Shown here one piece after another: positions 57,960-64,000 of a DNA stretch of 64,000 bases; within the stretch, counting starts at the first letter, position 1, and every line of letters begins with the position of its first letter. Source of the stretch: an uncultured Christensenella sp. (GTDB lineage Bacteria > Bacillota > Clostridia > Christensenellales > UBA3700); contig CAJUBA010000001.1 in the NCBI GenBank assembly GCA_910584635.1, positions 13,224 to 77,223 of the forward strand, written 5' to 3'. The translations under genes and the position numbers were made by a program. The notes under the pieces are model-generated. The model searched no databases. It had not been told where the DNA came from and worked only from the letters and a program-made list of their open reading frames with translations.

Positions 57960-58219
57960 TTCAACTCACCTCGAAAATATTCTACTTATAATATATCAAA
58001 ATTATTGTTATTTTTCAACGGAATTTCCTATACAAATTTAACTGCAAGTGTCGGACTTTGATAATTTAGACAGATTAAAAATATTGCGTTCGTGTTGATT
58101 TTTCATAGATTTTACATATCGAGAAATATAAATCGCTAAAAGTTATATTGGGGCAGATAAAAAAATATTTGACATTAAACGACTTTTTGTAAATTAAATA
58201 AAAACCGTAAAAAATCATT

Positions 58220-58247
58220 TTGAGATTTCTAATGATTTTGTTATAAT
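58220..58247 (+). promoter_or_regulatory. Extended -10 promoter placing the TSS on the ATG of the sugar-phosphate isomerase gene
   Basis: TTGAGA, 16 nt, TGtTATAAT (58242-58247). The ATG A is at 58254 (+7). No SD. Confidence 0.5.
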
Positions 58248-58253
58248 GAAAAT

Positions 58254-59069
58254 ATGAAATTAGGACTGTCGACGGCGACGTATTTTACAAGAATGTATAC
58301 AGAGCAGGCTCTTGAACCTATCGCTAAACTTGGCGCGCAGGTTTGCGAGATTTTTCTTGCTACTCACAGCGAGTATACCGATGAATTCGCGGAAGTACTC
58401 AAAGACGAGTTGAAAAAAGCGAGAAAATTTTCTCCGCTCGAAGTACACTCGGTTCATGCGCTTACAAATCAGTTTGAGCCAGAACTCTTTTCTCTCAACG
58501 ACAGAGCGTACGCCGATTCGCTGGCGACTTTCGAAAAAGTATTGAAGTTGGCGCAAAGTATCGGAGCGACGCATTATACTTTCCACGGCGCGACAATGCT
58601 CAAAAGAGCGGTCAAATATAACTTTGATTTCAAACATATCTCGTCGAGAGTAAACTATCTTACGGAGTTGGCGGCTGATTACGGCGTAAAGTTTTGCTAC
58701 GAAAACGTGCATTGGACGTATTTTTCCACTCCCGAGTATTTTGCAAATTTGAAGGAATTCTGTCCCGATTTGTGTTGTACCTTGGATATAAAACAGGCAA
58801 GACAGTCGGGTATCGATTACGTTGAATATTTTGACGTAATGAAGGACAGGTTGAAGACGGTGCATCTTTGCGATTACGATTCCGACGGCAAGACTACGAT
58901 TCCTGGACGCGGTAAGTTTGATTTCGTAACCTTGTTTAAGAGATTGCAAGACGTAGGCTTTGAAGGCGCGTGTCTTATGGAAGTGTACGCTAAGGATTAC
59001 AAAAACGACTCCGATATTGAAGAATCGTACGCATTTCTTAAAGATTGTCTTGACAGGTCTTTGACTTGA
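58254..59069 (+). CDS. Sugar-phosphate isomerase/epimerase (xylose-isomerase-like TIM barrel, AP_endonuc_2 family)
   Basis: MKLGLST..., FHG..., YEN, and E.Y near the C-terminus, typical of the family. 271 aa. No SD (see findings). Confidence 0.7.
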   Translation: MKLGLSTATYFTRMYTEQALEPIAKLGAQVCEIFLATHSEYTDEFAEVLKDELKKARKFSPLEVHSVHALTNQFEPELFSLNDRAYADSLATFEKVLKLAQSIGATHYTFHGATMLKRAVKYNFDFKHISSRVNYLTELAADYGVKFCYENVHWTYFSTPEYFANLKEFCPDLCCTLDIKQARQSGIDYVEYFDVMKDRLKTVHLCDYDSDGKTTIPGRGKFDFVTLFKRLQDVGFEGACLMEVYAKDYKNDSDIEESYAFLKDCLDRSLT

Positions 59070-59134
59070 CAGTATAAATTGATATATTATATATATGAAA
59101 AATATTTTGACCCAACGGTCGATAGGAGAAAAAT

Positions 59135-60550
59135 ATGCGTTATAGCAAAAAAACAATGAAAATCAGAATGGACTACAACAATATGATGTCGTCCGTACTA
59201 GGAAAAGAAGGTTTAAGCGATAAAAACCTTTCCGATTTGAGCGCAGATTTAACAAAAGCGTTCAATAGCGTGGAACAAGGCAAAGGAAAAGGAATGATGG
59301 GATGGGCTGACCTTCCTTACAATCAGGATGAAATCGTCGAAGATATTCTCGAAACAGCAAAAGATATTCGCAAAAATTACGATTATTTCGTCGTTTTGGG
59401 TATAGGCGGAAGCGCTTTGGGACCTATCGCGGCTTTTCAGGCTATTTGCCATTTGCATTACAACGACTTGCCTAAGCGCAAGCGTAAAGGACCTAAGTTC
59501 TACGTAGAAGACAACGTAGACCCCGAAAGAATGCAGGCTTTGTTTGATGTTATCGAAGTAGAAAAGACTATGTTCAACGTTGTTACCAAATCCGGTTCCA
59601 CTTCCGAAACAATGACCCAGTATCTTATTATCAACGATATTCTTAAAGCAAAACTCGGAGATAAGGCGAAAGATCATATTATAGCGACTACTTCTAAAAA
59701 CGCGGGCAACTTGATTAAGATTGCAATTAAAGAGAATTACAAGACTTTCTATATACCTGACGGCGTAGGCGGTAGATTTAGCGAACTTTGTCCCGTAGGA
59801 TTGCTTCCGGCTGCCGTAGTAGGCATTGATATTAAGGCTATGCTCGCCGGCGCTAAATGTATGATGGAAGATTGCAACAGCGACAACGCTAAGAAAAATC
59901 CCGCGCTTATGGCTGCGGCTTTGCAACATCTTGCTATGCAAAGAGGTAAGAATATCGGAGTTATGATGCCTTACGCGGACGGTTTGAAGTTTATTGCCGA
60001 TTGGTACGCGCAACTTTGGGCGGAATCTTTGGGTAAAAACAAGACTTTGGACGGAAAAGCGTGCAACGTAGGTCAAACGCCTGTTAAATCTTTGGGCGTA
60101 ACCGACCAGCACTCTCAAGTTCAACTTTACGCGGAAGGTCCTTTTGATAAAGTCATTACATTTATCGGCGTAGACGACTACCGCGCAAACGTTGTAATTC
60201 CAAACGGATGCGAAGAATATCCCAACGTAAACTTCCTTTGCGGTCATACTATGAATGAACTTATCCAGGCGGAACGCGCCGCTACCGAATATGCGGTAAC
60301 CAAAGCGGGTAAAATGAATTACACGATTATGCTTCCGCAACTCAACGAATTTACTCTCGGACAACTTTTGATGTATTTCATGTTGCAGACCGCTTACGCA
60401 GGCGCTTTGTTGAATATCGATACTTTTAATCAACCGGGCGTAGAAGAGGGCAAAAACGCGACTTACGCGCTTTTGGGAAGACCCGGCTATGACGAAAAGA
60501 GAACGGAACTTGCAAACGCTCCGCAAAAACAAAACAAATATATTATTTAA
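59135..60550 (+). CDS. pgi: Glucose-6-phosphate isomerase
   Basis: GIGGS.LGP, SKSG.T.ET, GGRFS, DQHSQ.QL motifs. SD AGGAGA. Confidence 0.92.
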   Translation: MRYSKKTMKIRMDYNNMMSSVLGKEGLSDKNLSDLSADLTKAFNSVEQGKGKGMMGWADLPYNQDEIVEDILETAKDIRKNYDYFVVLGIGGSALGPIAAFQAICHLHYNDLPKRKRKGPKFYVEDNVDPERMQALFDVIEVEKTMFNVVTKSGSTSETMTQYLIINDILKAKLGDKAKDHIIATTSKNAGNLIKIAIKENYKTFYIPDGVGGRFSELCPVGLLPAAVVGIDIKAMLAGAKCMMEDCNSDNAKKNPALMAAALQHLAMQRGKNIGVMMPYADGLKFIADWYAQLWAESLGKNKTLDGKACNVGQTPVKSLGVTDQHSQVQLYAEGPFDKVITFIGVDDYRANVVIPNGCEEYPNVNFLCGHTMNELIQAERAATEYAVTKAGKMNYTIMLPQLNEFTLGQLLMYFMLQTAYAGALLNIDTFNQPGVEEGKNATYALLGRPGYDEKRTELANAPQKQNKYII

Positions 60551-60573
60551 TTTATAAAATCAAACGATTCGCG

Positions 60574-60600
60574 ATAGCCGTCCGATATTCGGACGGCTAT
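60574..60600 (+). terminator. 11-bp GC-rich hairpin after pgi with no U-tract
   Basis: ATAGCCGTCCG / CGGACGGCTAT followed by ATTAAAAC. Confidence 0.5.
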
Positions 60601-60735
60601 ATTAAAACAAGACTAATTTCGGGTAAATTGCTTGCTAAGATAAATATTTTATCGAATTAGTTGATTTCGGTTTATAATAAAAGTAAACGTAAGATATAAT
60701 ATATATTGTAATATAATAAAGCGTAAGGGAAAGAT

Positions 60736-61413
60736 ATGGTAAAACTTTTCAAAGAAGAAATAAAAGGCGTAATATTCGATTTGGACGGAACGTTGCTTGA
60801 TTCCATGTGGGTATGGGAAAAGGTGGATAATGATTTTCTTGCCGAAAACGGAATTGCGGTAACAGGCGATTATACGGAGGCGGTTAAACAAATGCACTTT
60901 GAAGAGTCCGCTCTTTATACCAAAAACAGGTTTTCTCTCGATATGTCTACCGAGCAGATTATCAATAGGTGGACGGAAATGGTAAAGGAAGAGTACGCTT
61001 ATAATATTAAATTGAAAGAGGGAGCGTATGATTTTATACGCAAACTTATCTCAAAAGGCGTTAAAATCGCTTTCGCAACCACGCTGTTTAGAGAAGTCGC
61101 CGAACTTTGTCTTGACAACAACGGCTTATCATTTAGAAAGTTGGGGGTAGAGTGTCCGCTTGTTTCGATAGATGAGGTGTCGAGAGGAAAAGGTTTTCCC
61201 GATATATATCTAGAAGCGTCCCGAAGAATAGGCGTTGAGCCGCGCGAGTGTATGGTATTCGAAGATATTCCGCTTGCAATCGAAGGGGCAAGCGCGGGCG
61301 GTTTTCATACCTGCGGAGTATACGATAAGTATTCCAACAACGAAAGCAATTTTTCTGATTTATGCAAAAATTATATCCAAAGTTTTGCTATACTTCTTCA
61401 ATTTATCGACTGA
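60736..61413 (+). CDS. HAD-superfamily hydrolase (subfamily IA, beta-phosphoglucomutase/phosphatase-like)
   Basis: Motif I FDLDGTLLDS, motif IV FEDIPLAIEGA. Confidence 0.8.
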   Translation: MVKLFKEEIKGVIFDLDGTLLDSMWVWEKVDNDFLAENGIAVTGDYTEAVKQMHFEESALYTKNRFSLDMSTEQIINRWTEMVKEEYAYNIKLKEGAYDFIRKLISKGVKIAFATTLFREVAELCLDNNGLSFRKLGVECPLVSIDEVSRGKGFPDIYLEASRRIGVEPRECMVFEDIPLAIEGASAGGFHTCGVYDKYSNNESNFSDLCKNYIQSFAILLQFID

Positions 61414-61419
61414 CAAAAT

Positions 61420-61446
61420 TTGAACATTGTTTTGAATAATGTTCAA
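61420..61446 (+). repeat. Related hairpin TTGAACATT-N9-AATGTTCAA
   Basis: Starts 7 nt after the HAD stop. Begins TTGAACATTGTTTTGAA, a degenerate form of the same 15-mer, and is followed by a T-rich tract. Confidence 0.5.
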
Positions 61447-61520
61447 TTATTGTGTTTTATCGACATATATCGCGTATTTTATCTAAATTATAGAGTAGAG
61501 AGTAAATAGTCTGTTTGCTT

Positions 61521-61600
61521 AATATGACGGGATAGTTAATAGAGTATCGCTTATTTCCCCGTCATCCCTAGCGTATTCGAAGAATCTTGTTAAATAAAAT
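61521..61600 (+). repeat. Intergenic hairpin repeat, short copy (B)
   Basis: Same blocks in the same order as copy A, lacking ~75 nt of the internal loop. ATGACGGG pairs with CCCGTCAT. Confidence 0.6.
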
Positions 61601-61655
61601 TCAGTATAATAAATAATCTTAACATAAAGCGTTTCTTTTCTTAAAAACATTTTAC

Positions 61656-61684
61656 TTGTAATTGGCAATAATTAGTAATATAAT
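61656..61684 (+). promoter_or_regulatory. Promoter-like element placing the TSS on the ATG of the ABC-like gene
   Basis: TTGTAA, 17 nt, TATAAT (61679-61684). The ATG A is at 61691 (+7). No SD. Confidence 0.45.
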
Positions 61685-61690
61685 ATAAAT

Positions 61691-62629
61691 ATGACACACC
61701 GCTTGCTTACTCTCGAAAATGCGGAAGCGTCTTATTACGGCGCGGATTTTTCGATTACAAACATAAACATTTCGCTGGACAAAGGCGAAACGCTTGTCGT
61801 TTACGGAAGAGAGGGAAGCGGTAAAACTTTGATATTGCGTACCGTCGCAGGATTAGAGGATATTAAATCGGGCAACATTTATCTTGACGGAAGTAAATTG
61901 GAAGAGATACCGCTCAAAGACAGGGATTTGGGATTTACTTTTGATTTCTCATCATTGGGAAAGAAGAAAACCGTCAAAGAGATACTCGAATATCCTATGA
62001 GATTGAGAGAATATTCGCAAGATAAGATAACTTATTGCGTTGACGTAGCGCTCAAGGAATTTTCTCTCGATGAAAATTCTCTCGCGGATGAACTTGACGC
62101 TTTTAGCAAAGTCAGACTGATTTTGGCAAGACTTTTTATTATTTCTAGGCGAATTTATATCGTCGACGATATTTGGAAAGACTTGCCGTATGAAGAGCAA
62201 GAGCAGATTATAGAATTGTTGCAAAGCGTCGTTGTCGGCAAAAGCGTTGTTATCGCCACGCAAGAAATAGAATTTGCAAAGAGATTGGGCAAGGGCGGAA
62301 TTTGCGTAGTTGCCAAAGGCGATATAAGCGAAAAACTATCGTTGGAGGAAATTTCATTGCTTCCATCAAATATGGAAAGCGCGATACTTTGCGGGTATCC
62401 TATTTATATGGACGTTTTGGATAAGGATGAGAGGGGATACTTTGTTGTCATAGACGGGGTAAGATACGGAGTCGACGCTCCTTTGAGCGAAATATACGTA
62501 GGCAAGAAAGTGTGCTTTGCTTTTGAAGAGGGGATAGGGGCGAAAGGATTTTATTACGATAAAGATTGCGAAAGATTGATTTCGCGCAGCATAAAGAAAC
62601 TATCGGTTGAAAACCGTGAAGGGGTGTAA
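61691..62629 (+). CDS. MalK/MsmX-like ABC ATPase homolog with degenerate catalytic motifs and a C-terminal TOBE-like domain
   Basis: Collinear with MalK: Walker A is retained (GREGSGKT), but the Q-loop, LSGGQ (here LDAFSKV), Walker B Glu (IVDDIW) and H-loop His (IATQE) are all replaced. No permease gene is adjacent. Confidence 0.65.
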   Translation: MTHRLLTLENAEASYYGADFSITNINISLDKGETLVVYGREGSGKTLILRTVAGLEDIKSGNIYLDGSKLEEIPLKDRDLGFTFDFSSLGKKKTVKEILEYPMRLREYSQDKITYCVDVALKEFSLDENSLADELDAFSKVRLILARLFIISRRIYIVDDIWKDLPYEEQEQIIELLQSVVVGKSVVIATQEIEFAKRLGKGGICVVAKGDISEKLSLEEISLLPSNMESAILCGYPIYMDVLDKDERGYFVVIDGVRYGVDAPLSEIYVGKKVCFAFEEGIGAKGFYYDKDCERLISRSIKKLSVENREGV

Positions 62630-62631
62630 AA

Positions 62632-64000
62632 GTGAACGATTTAAGCGATATTTTTTCCGAAGAGAAAAAAAGCGTAATTGCCGAAAAGAAAAACGGCAGT
62701 AAGAAAATAAAGATAATAGCGATAGTTACCGTTGTTGTATTGTTGCTTTCCGTAGTGGCGTTTGTCGCAGGCGTGGCTGTGGGTAAAAGCAGCGGTATAG
62801 CCGACGATATGCCGCTTATGATAGAAGTGTACGAACTGATAAAGAAATATTACTACAAAGATATTTCTTGGGAGACTTTTCAGGAGATGGCTGCCGCAGG
62901 CTTTGCGGGATCGTTGGATATTTTTTCGGGTATAGTGTCCGAAGGCGGAGGAGAAATTACCTCGGGATCTATCGGAATACAGGTGGCAAGTTCTCTTTAC
63001 AACGAGCAGGTAATAACTTTTGTCGCGCCTAATATGCCCGCTTACGGCGCTGTGGCTTTGAGCAAATACGACGAAGATTTCAATCTTGACCGCGCTTTTA
63101 ATTACCAAAGCGCCGCTGTCAGAATGAGAGAGGGAGATAAAATCGTAAGAGTAGGCTATAAATTCCTCGACGAGGACGGTCAGTATAAATACAGAACGGA
63201 ACGCGTGGAAAATACCGGAGCGGCATATTTCAGACAGGTGCTTAACGAATTTTCTGATATAGACGAGTTGGTCTATATTATCAAAAAGTATGACGGCAAC
63301 GGCGGATACGAGCAAGGCTATTACGCTTTTGAAATCACGAAGACTATGGAAGAGCGCGCTAAATTAGCGTACTATTATCCTTATACTCAAGACGTGGGAA
63401 TAATAAGAATGATGGAATTCAGCGCGGAAGCGGACGCTGATTTCGCCGACTGCGTATCACAGTTTATTAGAGACGGCAAGAAAAAACTTATACTTGACTT
63501 ACGCGACAACGGCGGAGGAAACCTTTTGAGCCTTGAATACGTCGCGCAGTATCTTCTCGACAATCCGACTGCTAGCGAATTGCCGATAATGAACCTTATA
63601 AGCAACGTAGGCTACGGCAAAGAAGAGTCCAATATAGTTACGTCAAGCAACAGCAATCCGCTTGCCCAGCAAGAGGGAATATCCTTGCCGATAGCGTTCC
63701 CAATAAGCAAACTGGTTGACGGCTTTGAAGTTGTGGTATTGACCAACGGACATACCGCGTCCGCATCGGAAGGACTTATCGGAGCGTTGCAGTACTACAA
63801 CGATACTCAAATAGTGGGAAGCAAGACTTACGGCAAAGGCGTCGCTCAAATTACCATAGAACTGTCCAACGGACAATTGCTTTACGTTACCAACGGAAGA
63901 TACTTTGTCCCTACGCAAGGCGCGAACGGCAAGTTGGAGTGGACTAAGACGATACACGAAAACGGATTCGACCCATTGGAAGAAAACGTAGTAGTAGATA
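62632..64000 (+). CDS. S41-family C-terminal processing peptidase (Ctp), N-terminal TM anchor; 3' end off-window
   Basis: Not in the ORF track because it is open to the window edge. GTG at 62632 after GAAGGGG. Hand translation shows a TM helix (IIAIVTVVVLLLSVVAFVAGVAV), DLRDNGGG, TASASE and GSKTYGKG motifs. Confidence 0.8.
   Translation, partial: MNDLSDIFSEEKKSVIAEKKNGSKKIKIIAIVTVVVLLLSVVAFVAGVAVGKSSGIADDMPLMIEVYELIKKYYYKDISWETFQEMAAAGFAGSLDIFSGIVSEGGGEITSGSIGIQVASSLYNEQVITFVAPNMPAYGAVALSKYDEDFNLDRAFNYQSAAVRMREGDKIVRVGYKFLDEDGQYKYRTERVENTGAAYFRQVLNEFSDIDELVYIIKKYDGNGGYEQGYYAFEITKTMEERAKLAYYYPYTQDVGIIRMMEFSAEADADFADCVSQFIRDGKKKLILDLRDNGGGNLLSLEYVAQYLLDNPTASELPIMNLISNVGYGKEESNIVTSSNSNPLAQQEGISLPIAFPISKLVDGFEVVVLTNGHTASASEGLIGALQYYNDTQIVGSKTYGKGVAQITIELSNGQLLYVTNGRYFVPTQGANGKLEWTKTIHENGFDPLEENVVVD

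Overview
This window looks like a chromosomal segment of a moderately AT-rich, endospore-forming Firmicute, probably a Clostridia-like organism. The sporulation markers are spoIIID, a hidden spoVM and a SpoVB-type flippase. Most of the window is conserved housekeeping operons, nearly all on the + strand: prmA-rsmE-mtaB-HIT-rpsU; pcrA-ligA; and the long yloC-gmk-rpoZ-coaBC-priA-def-fmt-rsmB-rlmN-(NUDIX)-rsgA-rpe-spoVM / rpmB / asp23-yloV-recG block, which is collinear with Bacillus subtilis. After these come a complete hisZGDBHAFIE operon, ilvB-ilvC-ilvD-ilvA-ridA, an MMPL/RND exporter, a sugar-phosphate isomerase, pgi, a HAD hydrolase, an ABC-ATPase-like gene and an S41 protease. I saw no rRNA, tRNA, CRISPR array, transposase, integrase or phage genes. 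Accessory content consists of three BspA-type leucine-rich-repeat (LRR) lipoprotein paralogs, a decayed fourth copy behind ligA, a 1349-aa surface protein built from five repeats, and an orphan Cys-rich hypothetical gene. Features worth follow-up:
- a 148-nt rod-like inverted-repeat element upstream of ilvB that has an alternative pairing;
- a two-copy intergenic hairpin repeat family;
- a recurring TGAAC-N3-GTTCAA palindrome;
- several genes whose ATG sits exactly at the predicted transcription start of a consensus -10 box with no Shine-Dalgarno (SD) sequence, i.e. candidate leaderless mRNAs;
- a frameshifted 2H-phosphoesterase gene;
- a split TauE/SafE pair;
- an ABC ATPase homolog with degenerate catalytic motifs;
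- strong depletion of TTA/CTA/TCA codons, which produces very long codon-aligned antisense ORFs.
I found no clear multi-gene novel system such as a defence island. All homology statements come from reading the translations by eye, not from database searches.
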